A stretch of DNA of 51,936 nt, from positions 1 through 51,936 of the forward strand of contig WRCJ01000002.1 of assembly GCA_009784085.1 (NCBI GenBank). Reading direction: 5' to 3'. The DNA comes from Oscillospiraceae bacterium (lineage in GTDB: Bacteria > Bacillota > Clostridia > Oscillospirales > UBA929). The notes beneath the pieces are model-generated. The model ran no database searches. It worked only from the letters and a program-made list of their open reading frames with translations, and was not told the origin of the DNA. The translations under genes were made by a program, and so were the position numbers. Below are positions 16,144 to 24,642 of this stretch, piece by piece (positions within the stretch are counted from its first letter, which is position 1; every line of letters begins with the position of its first letter).

Positions 16144-17250
16144 TTAGTTATCGCAATATAGACAACGCTTGCCATCGGAAAGCGCCGGGAGGTATCGTTC
16201 CGAGGCGGCGATACAGCGTGGGTTGGCGCAGACGAAGGAGGGGTGGCCGCGGCCGTGGCTATGGCCCTGGCCCTGACCCTGGCTATGTCCATTGTTATGG
16301 CCATGGTTATGGCTATCGGGGGGCGGCGGCAGATCGCCGCGCGGCTGCTCCAACAGATGTGTCAACAATGCCATACGCACGTACATCCCCAGCCTGGCCT
16401 GCTCGAAATAGAACGCGCGGGGGTCGCGGTCGACTTCGACGCTGATTTCTTCCCTGCGGGGCAATGGATGCAGGATCAGCAAGTCGCGCTTGGCCGCGCT
16501 GAGCTTGTCGGTCGTGAGCACATAGACCCCCCTGAGGCGGTCGTACGCGGACGGGTCGGCCAGCCGTTCGTGCTGGATGCGCGTCATGTAGAGCACATCC
16601 AAATGGGGTAGCGTATCCTCTAAGCTGGATGTTTCCATACAAGCTTGGCCGCATGCGCGTAAAAACATGCGCAGGTACTCCGGGATGGCCAGCTCCCGGG
16701 GCGATATGAGGGATAGGGACAGCCCCGGGAAAGAAGCCAGTGCGCGGATGAGCGAATGCGCCGTGCGGCCATACTTGAGATCCCCGCATACGCCGATGTG
16801 CAGGCCGGAAACGCTGCCGCGCCGGCGCGTGATGGCGGCCAAGTCGATGAGCGTCTGGGTGGGGTGCAGATGCCCGCCGTCGCCGGCGTTGACAACCGGT
16901 ACGCGGGAATAGAGCGACGAGGCCATCGCGGCGCCCTCCCGGGGATGGCGGACGATGAGGAGGTCGGCGTAGCCCGAACACATCACAATGGTATCGCTCA
17001 GGGTCTCCCCTTTGGACACCGAGGTGGCGGAGGGATCGCTCATGGAAAACACGCCGCCGCCCAAGCGTTGCATGGCTGCCTGAAAGGAGAAGTTGGTGCG
17101 CGTGGAGGGTTCGAAGAACAGGGAACCCATGACCTGGCCCCGCGCGACGTCCCTGTAGTCGGCGGGATGCGCCAGGATGTCCTCGAAACGCCGGTATACG
17201 CCCTCCCACTCCGCCAGGGAGAGATCGGAGAAATCGATGAAATGCCGCAT
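16144..17250 (-). CDS. pyrB: Aspartate carbamoyltransferase catalytic chain with a C-terminal His/Gly/Gln linker and a four-Cys PyrI-zinc-domain-like tail
   Basis: STRTR-type motif (EPSTRTNFSF), HPTQ, and HPLPR near the C-terminus. The tail reads FVCANPRCI...RCLYCDN. Start taken at MRHFIDF (17250); the upstream ORF extension covers the leader hairpin. Confidence 0.9.
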   Translation of the reverse strand: MRHFIDFSDLSLAEWEGVYRRFEDILAHPADYRDVARGQVMGSLFFEPSTRTNFSFQAAMQRLGGGVFSMSDPSATSVSKGETLSDTIVMCSGYADLLIVRHPREGAAMASSLYSRVPVVNAGDGGHLHPTQTLIDLAAITRRRGSVSGLHIGVCGDLKYGRTAHSLIRALASFPGLSLSLISPRELAIPEYLRMFLRACGQACMETSSLEDTLPHLDVLYMTRIQHERLADPSAYDRLRGVYVLTTDKLSAAKRDLLILHPLPRREEISVEVDRDPRAFYFEQARLGMYVRMALLTHLLEQPRGDLPPPPDSHNHGHNNGHSQGQGQGHSHGRGHPSFVCANPRCIAASERYLPALSDGKRCLYCDN

Positions 17251-17306
17251 GGGAAATCTAAATCCCTTCCTTGGGCGCCTTCGGGGCGCCATTCTTCTTC
17301 GCAATC

Positions 17307-17315
17307 ATTTTACCA
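17307..17315 (-). promoter_or_regulatory. Extended -10 element (TGgTAAAAT) upstream of pyrB
   Basis: Read on the minus strand. I found no good -35. It is followed by the leader hairpin GGCGCC-ccgaa-GGCGCC and then the RBS. Confidence 0.35.
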
Positions 17316-17358
17316 TATGTAGTTCACGAAGGGAAGATCTCAGGCAAGAATTATTTGC

Positions 17359-17394
17359 GGCGCGTATATTCTCGATAATGAGAAAATACGCGCC
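17359..17394 (-). terminator. Long hairpin downstream of the sigma/anti-sigma genes
   Basis: GGCGCGTAT..TTCTC-loop-GAGAA..ATACGCGCC. The trailing sequence is A/T-rich but not a clean U-tract. Confidence 0.45.
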
Positions 17395-17492
17395 GCCGTC
17401 ATCAATATACTTCTTATATGTAGTAAGGAACCATTTCACATTCCGGCTGACATGATGGATGACACATGGATGACACTATGGCTGACTGTACA

Positions 17493-18425
17493 CTATGGCT
17501 GATAGATAACGATCAGCACCAACTCCAGGGCCGAGTCGGCCGATCCGGCCAAGTCGGATAAAAACTGTCGCTGCGTATCCTCGTCAATGGCCGAATTGGT
17601 ATCGCTGGGGGGATCGATCCCCCCAAAACCTACCAGCGCCGCGCCTGCCTGATGCAGGGCGGGCCAGATCGCGTCCAGTTCGGCGACGGTCATGGTAATC
17701 TCCAGCAGGTCGCCGCAGTCTTTCGCTGGGTAGGGCGCCAGGATATCGGGCAAGTTCGCCGATGTCAAGGTGACTGTGCCAGCGTAGGCCGCCGAAGACC
17801 CAGGGTCGTCACCAGTTTTGCCGTTGTCATCAGCATCATCGACGCTTTCCTCTGCGTGGTGCCGATTATCGGATGGTTCCCCTTTCGGATCGGGCGGCGC
17901 ATTGGTAGCCGCTATATCGGGCATGTCGCCAGCGCCGCCCGGGTCGCCGCCCTCTCCAAAGGTCTCATCGTAAGCGCCCCCGGTGCCGCGCACCGGATCT
18001 CCGGCGGGATCCTGTACGTCGGCGGGATATTGTACTTCGTTGTTTTCAAACGGCGCCTCCTTGAGCGCGCGCTGCGCGTCCGGCAGATAGTTCCCGAGCG
18101 TGAGAAACAAGGCCAGTACCGCCGCCGCGCCCAGGGGGAGAGCAACGCGACGCAGGGACCATCCGGGGGCATGGGCACGGGACCACCCGGGGGCATGGCG
18201 TTTGTTTTCTTTCGCAAGCTTTTGCATGATGGAGGGCGTCAGCGTGTCGGGAGGCGTTTCGGCTAGGCCGGGCATGACCTCCCGGAAGGTGGTAAACGCC
18301 CGCGCACGCGCCGCACAGACGGGGCATGACGCCGTATGCGAGGCCAGCGACTGCCGCCCTTCCTCGCCCAGGGCGCCGTCGGCGTCCAGGCTGATTTGAA
18401 AAAGATAGAATTCGCAATCCGTCAC
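17493..18425 (-). CDS. Anti-sigma factor (zf-HC2 type, single-pass membrane protein)
   Basis: N-terminal H..C..C motif (ASHTASCPVCAARARAF), a TM helix (LPLGAAAVLALFLTL), and a GTGA overlap with the sigma gene stop. Confidence 0.75.
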   Translation of the reverse strand: MTDCEFYLFQISLDADGALGEEGRQSLASHTASCPVCAARARAFTTFREVMPGLAETPPDTLTPSIMQKLAKENKRHAPGWSRAHAPGWSLRRVALPLGAAAVLALFLTLGNYLPDAQRALKEAPFENNEVQYPADVQDPAGDPVRGTGGAYDETFGEGGDPGGAGDMPDIAATNAPPDPKGEPSDNRHHAEESVDDADDNGKTGDDPGSSAAYAGTVTLTSANLPDILAPYPAKDCGDLLEITMTVAELDAIWPALHQAGAALVGFGGIDPPSDTNSAIDEDTQRQFLSDLAGSADSALELVLIVIYQP

Positions 18426-19120
18426 GGCGCGCCACCTCCCCTTTCTTTGCTTGATGAACTCTTAGACGTTTCCGAAGGGGAATAAGTTCCCTGCGATATC
18501 AATATTTCGCGCAAAGCCTCACGCGCCCGCGCCAGGCGCGACTTGACCGTGCCGGCGGGCAGCGCGAGCACATCGGCGATCTCGTCATAGCTGAGGCCCT
18601 GGATCTCCCGCAGTGTGAGGACGGCGCGTTGATCGGGGCGCAAGCTACCCATGGCGTGGGCGATGGCCTCCTGCAACTCCTTTTTTTCCCACTGGCGCTC
18701 CGGGTCGTACCGCGTGTCGGGCAAGTCGCGCTCGCGCTCCTCGCCGCCGTCCTCCGAGGGCAAGGTCAGAGGCAGCTCCCGCCGACGCTTGGTTTTGCGC
18801 AAGTGATCGAGGCAAATGTTGTGGGACAAGCGGTATAGCCATGTGGAAAAGGAGGAATCCCCCATAAAGCTGGGCAGTGCCCGGTACACGCGCAAAAAGA
18901 CCTCCTGGGAGAGGTCATAGGCGTCGTCCCGATTGCGCGACATACGCAGGGCCAAGGAATAAACCTGTTTTTCGTAGTTTTTCACAAGGGTCTCAAAGGC
19001 GCCTTGATCCCCGCCCGCCGCGCGCGCAATCAGCCGGGCCTCATCCATAGCATCCGTGGCCTCACCCGTGGCCTCACCCACAGTATCATCCTTAATATCC
19101 TTAGTATCCTTAATATCCAT
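18422..19120 (-). CDS. ECF-type RNA polymerase sigma-70 family factor
   Basis: Region 2 (FETLVKNYEKQVYSLALRM ... WLYRLSHNICLDHLR) and region 4 HTH (LSYDEIADVLALPAGTVKSRLARAR). The start is uncertain: 19120, or Met25 at 19048. Confidence 0.85.
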   Translation of the reverse strand: MDIKDTKDIKDDTVGEATGEATDAMDEARLIARAAGGDQGAFETLVKNYEKQVYSLALRMSRNRDDAYDLSQEVFLRVYRALPSFMGDSSFSTWLYRLSHNICLDHLRKTKRRRELPLTLPSEDGGEERERDLPDTRYDPERQWEKKELQEAIAHAMGSLRPDQRAVLTLREIQGLSYDEIADVLALPAGTVKSRLARAREALREILISQGTYSPSETSKSSSSKERGGGAP

Positions 19121-19123
19121 TGC

Positions 19124-20131
19124 TCATATTCCGCATCCGCATTCTCCCGCAATCCTTTCGAGTTCATCCAAGGTTGTCGCGTGGGATATCAGCTGCTTGT
19201 AGCGGCTCGCGTGGGGGATGCCGCGCAAATACCAAGCGAAGTGCCGCCGCGCTTCCAGGCAGGCGATGTGCTCGCCCTTGTCCAGGGCGGCCATCTGGAT
19301 CTGCCGCAACGCCACAGCGAGGCGGTCGCGCAAGGGGGGGCAGGGGGGGATCGGCCGACTGTCCAGCGCGGCGGCGACTTGGGCAAAAATCCAGGGGTTG
19401 CCGAAGGCCGCCCGGCCGATCATCACCATGTCGGCGCCCGTGATCCGCCGCGCGCGAAGGGCGTCATCCGGAGAAAAGACATCCCCATTGAGGATAACCG
19501 GGATGCCGACGGCGCGCTTGACCTGGGCAATCGTGTCCCAGTCCGCCCGGCCCGCGTACATCTGCACCCGTGTGCGCCCATGCACGCAAATGGCGGACGC
19601 CCCGGCGGATTCCGCCATCCGCGCGAACTCCACCACATTGATATGGCCCCTGTCCCAGCCCAGGCGGCACTTGACGGTGACCGGGACCGACGGCGCCGAC
19701 GCCGCCGACGCCGCAACTGCCGCCGCCGACACGCAAGCCCCGATGATGCGCTCGGCCAGGGGGAGGTTGCGCATCAGGGCGCAACCGTCGCCGTTCGCGG
19801 TGATTTTGGGCGTGGGGCAGCCCATATTGAGATCGATAAAATCGGGCGCCACTTCACAAATGGCGAACGCCGCCGCTTCGGCCAGGCACGAAGGATCGTT
19901 GCCAAAAAGCTGCACCGCAACCGGGTGCTCATCCACGCCCAGGCGCAGCAGTTTTTTGGATTTTTCGTCGCCATGGGACAACGCGCGGGCGCTGACCATT
20001 TCGGTGTAAGTGAGCAGGCGGGCCTGTTCCCGGCAAATCGCCCGGAAGGCCCTGTCGGTTACACCGGCCATGGGCGCCAACGCCTGGAGGGTGCCCACCG
20101 TCACGCCGCCGATGGAAAAAGACTGATTCAT
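19124..20131 (-). CDS. dusB: tRNA-dihydrouridine synthase
   Basis: LAPMAGVTDRAFR and the FMN-binding TIM-barrel blocks (DLNMGCP, VTVKCRLGW, ICVHGRT). Start taken at MNQSFSIGG. Confidence 0.85.
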   Translation of the reverse strand: MNQSFSIGGVTVGTLQALAPMAGVTDRAFRAICREQARLLTYTEMVSARALSHGDEKSKKLLRLGVDEHPVAVQLFGNDPSCLAEAAAFAICEVAPDFIDLNMGCPTPKITANGDGCALMRNLPLAERIIGACVSAAAVAASAASAPSVPVTVKCRLGWDRGHINVVEFARMAESAGASAICVHGRTRVQMYAGRADWDTIAQVKRAVGIPVILNGDVFSPDDALRARRITGADMVMIGRAAFGNPWIFAQVAAALDSRPIPPCPPLRDRLAVALRQIQMAALDKGEHIACLEARRHFAWYLRGIPHASRYKQLISHATTLDELERIAGECGCGI

Positions 20132-20346
20132 GGTATCTAGTGTATCACAACCGGCGGGAAATGCCAAGATTACGGATCTATTTATGGGATATTTATGGGG
20201 ATATTTGCGGGATAGCAATTGCTATTTTTCGGCGATGGTGTTATGATATTATAAAACGCACGCCGCGAGGAGAAAAGCATGTCATGGCGCATGTCATGAG
20301 GCATGTCAAGACGTATGTCATGAGGCGTGTCATGAGGAGCTACCGT

Positions 20347-21219
20347 ATGCGAAAATTTCTAATCCCCATTACGTTGCTGATCGGCGCCGCCGTTGGCCTC
20401 ATCCGGGCTTTCGAGTGGCGGGAGGCATGGGACACAGAGCTTTGGCTGATGATGCCATGGCATTGGTTGTCCATTTTGCTCCTCTTGTGTTGTTTCGCCG
20501 TGGCTGTCGCCCTCTTCCTGGCGATGCGCAAGTCGCCCAGTGTGGCCGCCACGCCCACGCAGGAGGACTTTGAGGGGATACGGGCTTTGTTGTGGGCAGA
20601 TATAGCCGCCGGGCTTGTGTTGCTCGTCAGCGCCGCGCTGGAGATCCGTAGCTTCATCCGCGCACAGTATGGGATGGAGCAGGTACAAGAGTTATTCGGG
20701 CTGATATTCGCGATTCTGTCCGTGTTTACCGCCATATGCGTGATTGTGACGGCGTCGGCGGCGGCCAGGGGCGCGCTGAACCGCACGCACTCCATCTATA
20801 TGCTGACGCCGGTTTTCTGGGCTTGCTTCTGGTTGCTGCGCAACATCGGCGAATACGCCGTGAACCCGGAACCGCTCAGCTTCCTGTTCGAGATGCTGGG
20901 CGTCGTCTTCACGTTGCTTGCCCTATACACCGCCGCCGGTTTCTTTTTCTACCGCGCCAATGTCCGGCGGACGATGCTATATGGCGCGTTGGGTATCTTT
21001 TTCCTGCTGGTCACATTATTGGGCGACGGGCTGTACTATTTGTTTTGGAACGACTTCCCCATGGGCGATCCGACCTTTGCGAACCTTGCGCGCGCGCTGT
21101 TTGCCCTGTTCCATCTGATGGCGATCGTACATGCGTATGGAGCGAAGAGGAAGAGATCCCGATGGAAACACAAGGGAAGGGCAGGCCCGATGTATTACCC
21201 CTACAACTACCCCTGCTGA
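20347..21219 (+). CDS. Polytopic membrane protein of unknown function
   Basis: At least six hydrophobic helices. GAGGAG lies 7 nt upstream of the ATG at 20347. Four further in-frame ATGs lie in the 12-nt repeat array just upstream. Confidence 0.6.
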   Translation: MRKFLIPITLLIGAAVGLIRAFEWREAWDTELWLMMPWHWLSILLLLCCFAVAVALFLAMRKSPSVAATPTQEDFEGIRALLWADIAAGLVLLVSAALEIRSFIRAQYGMEQVQELFGLIFAILSVFTAICVIVTASAAARGALNRTHSIYMLTPVFWACFWLLRNIGEYAVNPEPLSFLFEMLGVVFTLLALYTAAGFFFYRANVRRTMLYGALGIFFLLVTLLGDGLYYLFWNDFPMGDPTFANLARALFALFHLMAIVHAYGAKRKRSRWKHKGRAGPMYYPYNYPC

Positions 21220-21278
21220 TCAATTCACGTTGTATAATTAACTAATTCACGTATATTAACGTTTACTGAGGTGTCAAC

Positions 21279-22580
21279 ATGAGCAATCTGAATCCCTTTG
21301 GCAGCATCGATTCCCAAATCATCGCGACAGCGGCGCGCCAGTTTGGTACGCCGTTCTATCTTTACGACGAGAGGCTCCTTATCGACAAATGCCAGCGGCT
21401 CCTCGCCATGCCCCACGCATTTGGCATCACGGTGCGCTTTGCCATGAAGGCCAATTCCACCCGGGCTATCTTGAAGATTATCAGCGGCCAGGGGCTGAAG
21501 ATCGACGCGAGTTCGCTCAACGAGGCCAGGCGGGCCAGGCTGGCCGGCATCCCCTATGGGGACATCCTGCTGACAACCCAGGAGGCGCCTGCCGGTCAAG
21601 ATATGCAAGACCTTCAGGACATGATGCGGCAAGGCCTTCGCTACAATGTCTGCTCCGCTTTGCAACTCCAAAATATAGCCGACTTTGCCTCGGAAACGGG
21701 GACAAGCCTGTCCGTCAGGGTATCTCCGGGCATGGGCGCGGGCGAGTCGGCCACCCGCAACACGGGGGACGACTACTCCTGCTTCGGGGTTCACCTATCT
21801 GACATGGAAAGAACCCTTGCCATCGCGAAAGACAAGGGCTTGGTTTTGGATCAATTGCATGTGCATATTGGATCGGGGGGTAGCCCAGAGATATGGCGCG
21901 CCAACATCGTAAACGAGCTGGGTATCCTGGAAAAATACTTCCCCGATGCGAAAATCATCAGTTTCGGCGGTGGGATGAAGGAAGCCCGTATGCCGGATGA
22001 GGCGCCTGCCGACATCCTGTCGCTGGGTCAATACGCGAAAGAGAAAATCGATCTGTTCTACCAAAAGACAAGCCGGAAGATGCATGTGGAAATCGAGCCG
22101 GGCACATACGTCGCGGCCAACGCGGGGTACGTGGTCACCCGTGTCTTGGACAAAAAACGGACCGGCGGCGACGGGTTCCTTTTCCTGGTTTTGGACGGCG
22201 GCATGGAACTCAATGCCCGCCCCCTGCTGTATGGATCGCGGCATCCGTTCTACATGATCTCGCAGCAGGGGCGCTTGCTGTCCACCGAATTTTTCGGGGA
22301 TCCCGGCGCCGAGCTAGCCGTGCCCGTCGGGCGTTGCTGCGAAAGCGGCGACGCGCAAAGCCTTACCCCGGAGGGCCTGAGCCTGCCGCGCCCCATGACG
22401 GCGCCGTCGGTGGGCGATTACGCGGTCATCGGCGGGGCGGGCGCGTATTGCTCCTCCATGGCGCCGATGAACTACAACTCGCATGTCCAAGCCGGGGAAG
22501 TCCTCTACACCCGCGACGGGAACTTGGTCGAGATCCGCCGCCGGCAGACCTTGGAACAGCTCTTGGCGAACGAGATATAA
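21279..22580 (+). CDS. lysA: PLP-dependent Orn/DAP/Arg decarboxylase family 2 enzyme, diaminopimelate-decarboxylase-like
   Basis: FGTPFYLYDE, the PLP lysine in FAMKANS, HVHIGSGG, and CCESGD near the C-terminus. GAGGTG Shine-Dalgarno. Substrate assignment is by family resemblance only. Confidence 0.7.
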   Translation: MSNLNPFGSIDSQIIATAARQFGTPFYLYDERLLIDKCQRLLAMPHAFGITVRFAMKANSTRAILKIISGQGLKIDASSLNEARRARLAGIPYGDILLTTQEAPAGQDMQDLQDMMRQGLRYNVCSALQLQNIADFASETGTSLSVRVSPGMGAGESATRNTGDDYSCFGVHLSDMERTLAIAKDKGLVLDQLHVHIGSGGSPEIWRANIVNELGILEKYFPDAKIISFGGGMKEARMPDEAPADILSLGQYAKEKIDLFYQKTSRKMHVEIEPGTYVAANAGYVVTRVLDKKRTGGDGFLFLVLDGGMELNARPLLYGSRHPFYMISQQGRLLSTEFFGDPGAELAVPVGRCCESGDAQSLTPEGLSLPRPMTAPSVGDYAVIGGAGAYCSSMAPMNYNSHVQAGEVLYTRDGNLVEIRRRQTLEQLLANEI

Positions 22581-22640
22581 ACGGGGCGAAATATAGCGAA
22601 CGAAATATTACGAACGAAATATAGCGAGCGAATTATAAAC

Positions 22641-22670
22641 GGGGCGCACCGCCAGATGACGGTGCGCCCC
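22641..22670. terminator. 11-bp GC-rich hairpin between convergent genes (bidirectional terminator candidate)
   Basis: GGGGCGCACCG-ccagatga-CGGTGCGCCCC. The minus-strand side is followed by GTTTATAATT. Confidence 0.6.
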
Positions 22671-22716
22671 GGAGGGTTCAAAGGGGGTAGGGGGCCTGAG
22701 GTAGTCTATAGGGGCT

Positions 22717-24459
22717 TTACCCGAGACCAATATACTTTGCCGGGTTGACCGCCGTACCGTTGATACGGATTTCGAAGTGCAGGTGTGGCCCCGTGGATTG
22801 GCCGGTGTTGCCCACCTTCGCGATCTTCTCGCCTTTGGCGACAGCCTGCCCCGTGCTGACCAACAGCTTGCTGCAATGGCCGTATACCGTGGAATAGCCG
22901 TTCGCGTGTTGAATGGTCACACTTAAACCGTAACCGCCCCTGTAGCCGGCGAAGGTCACCTTGCCGCCGTCGGCCGCCACGATGGGATCGCCGGTAGAGC
23001 CGGCAAAGTCGATGCCCTGGTGGTTCCTGCTACCTCCGGAAATCGAGCGGTATCCGAACCGTGAGGACACCCGCCCCCTAGACGGCCGGATAAACGATCC
23101 GGAGGATACCTTCTTGGGGCGTTCCTTCGTCCCTACGGCGATGACCTCGTCCACGGCCTCTTCGGTGATCACCCGGCGCGTTTCCTCGCAGCTGAGCATA
23201 GCGCCGTCGCGGTATAGTAGATCGACCGACACCAGCGACACGCCCGCTTCCCCTGTCACGCGCACCTTGGACTCGCCCTTGTATAACGAGTTGTCGTCGA
23301 CATAGATCGTTTCGAAGGGGATTTCCTCTTCGTACTGGGCGCCCGCGCGGGACTCCACCGTGAGGAAGGGCGCCGCCCTCTTGACCAACAGCCGATTGGG
23401 CAGATCGTCTGCCGCGGGCAGCCTGCTCGACAGCCGCAACGGCTCCGGCAGGTTGGACGGGCCGGCGTTGAGAGCCAGGAGAGCCTCTTCGTTCATGCCG
23501 TTGCGCCGGGCGACATCCGCCAATTCTTCCTCGCCCCCCACTCTGTCATAACGCGCCTGGGTGGTCGCCGTCAGCATGGCGGCGATTTCGTTGAGCGGAC
23601 GCTCCATGGAGGCGGCGACCCATTGCTGGCTCAGTTCCACATCCTGCACGAAGGCGACCGAATCCATCTTGCCACTCAGGGAGCGAACAGCGAGCAACCC
23701 GTCCAGGATTTTCTGCAACCCCTCCCTATCGGACGTCGCGGACAGCACGGCGCCGTCCACAATGAGCAGATCGAGTTTCTTGATATCCGAAATTTGACTG
23801 AAAAGCTGGTCTTCCACCTCGGACTGGTTGAATACCGAGGTGCGGTCGACGACCGTATAGTTGAAGGTGACGTCCGGGTTGGGGAGGTAGGGATAATTCA
23901 ATATCTCGCTGGCGCGACGGGAGACCTCCTCGATCGCGTTGGTAAATTGAGACGTCGAGGTCACAAACCCGACGGATTGCCCGCCCAGCATGACCTCCAT
24001 GCCCAGCGTGTAGAACGAACCGATGATCAGGCACAACCCCAAGCCGGTAAACAGGCACACCAGCGTGATCCGGCGGCACATCCGGCGGCCGGCTGTAATT
24101 TTAAATCTGTGCCAGCCGATGAGGAGATGCTCGCCCGATTTGACCGACGCCTCGCGGGCCGCCGCGAACGCCCCGGCCGACAGCGTGCCGACGGCGCGCA
24201 GGAAACGGGACAACCCCAGGCCGATGGCAAGGAAAAACGCGCTTAAAACCGTCCAAACGGGGGACAGGGGACGTAAAAACAAGATAAGCCTCTGTTTGGC
24301 AAAGGCATAGCACCAAACGACAAACCGCGTCCGCCCAAGCGCGGGGGGCGCGCCTGTCTTCTGCGCGGCACGTGCGCCGCCGCGATCCTCCCCTTGGTCA
24401 AGGGGAAACGGCGCGTATCTATCGGAACCCGCGCGCGGGATGCGTAAGCTCTCCGACAT
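22717..24459 (-). CDS. Membrane-anchored G5-domain / M23 (LytM) peptidoglycan metalloendopeptidase
   Basis: C-terminal HQGIDF...GNTGQSTGPHLHFEIR motifs, a G5-like block upstream, and an N-terminal TM region. Start taken at MSESLRI (24459). Confidence 0.85.
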   Translation of the reverse strand: MSESLRIPRAGSDRYAPFPLDQGEDRGGARAAQKTGAPPALGRTRFVVWCYAFAKQRLILFLRPLSPVWTVLSAFFLAIGLGLSRFLRAVGTLSAGAFAAAREASVKSGEHLLIGWHRFKITAGRRMCRRITLVCLFTGLGLCLIIGSFYTLGMEVMLGGQSVGFVTSTSQFTNAIEEVSRRASEILNYPYLPNPDVTFNYTVVDRTSVFNQSEVEDQLFSQISDIKKLDLLIVDGAVLSATSDREGLQKILDGLLAVRSLSGKMDSVAFVQDVELSQQWVAASMERPLNEIAAMLTATTQARYDRVGGEEELADVARRNGMNEEALLALNAGPSNLPEPLRLSSRLPAADDLPNRLLVKRAAPFLTVESRAGAQYEEEIPFETIYVDDNSLYKGESKVRVTGEAGVSLVSVDLLYRDGAMLSCEETRRVITEEAVDEVIAVGTKERPKKVSSGSFIRPSRGRVSSRFGYRSISGGSRNHQGIDFAGSTGDPIVAADGGKVTFAGYRGGYGLSVTIQHANGYSTVYGHCSKLLVSTGQAVAKGEKIAKVGNTGQSTGPHLHFEIRINGTAVNPAKYIGLG

Positions 24460-24537
24460 ACTCTTCACCCTCACAGACCGCCGCGCCCCGCAAAGGTAAA
24501 AAATAGGCAACAACGGTTACAATTTGGTTACAATACC

Positions 24538-24566
24538 ATCATACCATTTCTTTTTCCCTTCGTCAA
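24538..24566 (-). promoter_or_regulatory. Sigma-70 promoter with extended -10 for the M23 peptidase gene
   Basis: Minus strand: TTGACG (24561-24566), 17 nt, TGgTATGAT (-10 at 24538-24543). Confidence 0.55.
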
Positions 24567-24642
24567 GCTTTTTTATCACCGGTTGACACCTATCATACTC
24601 ATTTGCAACATACCCATTTTCACATTGACGTTGCATCCCTAT

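Noticed and set aside
17085-17105. GGGTTCGAAGAAC, resembling a tRNA T-arm
   Set aside because: It lies inside the pyrB coding frame. No acceptor, D or anticodon arms can be drawn around it. No intergenic space in the window is large and GC-balanced enough for a tRNA.
17251-17358. PyrR-type attenuator upstream of pyrB
   Set aside because: I could not find the conserved PyrR binding loop (ARUCCAGAGAGGYU-like) or a terminator/antiterminator pair. There is only a short GGCGCC-ccgaa-GGCGCC hairpin next to the RBS.
24517-24636. 39-aa minus-strand ORF (MQRQCENGYVANEYDRCQPVIKKLDEGKKKWYDGIVTKL) between KilA-N and the M23 gene
   Set aside because: It has no Shine-Dalgarno. Its 3' half coincides with the much better supported TTGACG-17-TATGAT promoter and the ATTGTAACC boxes. 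It is probably non-coding.
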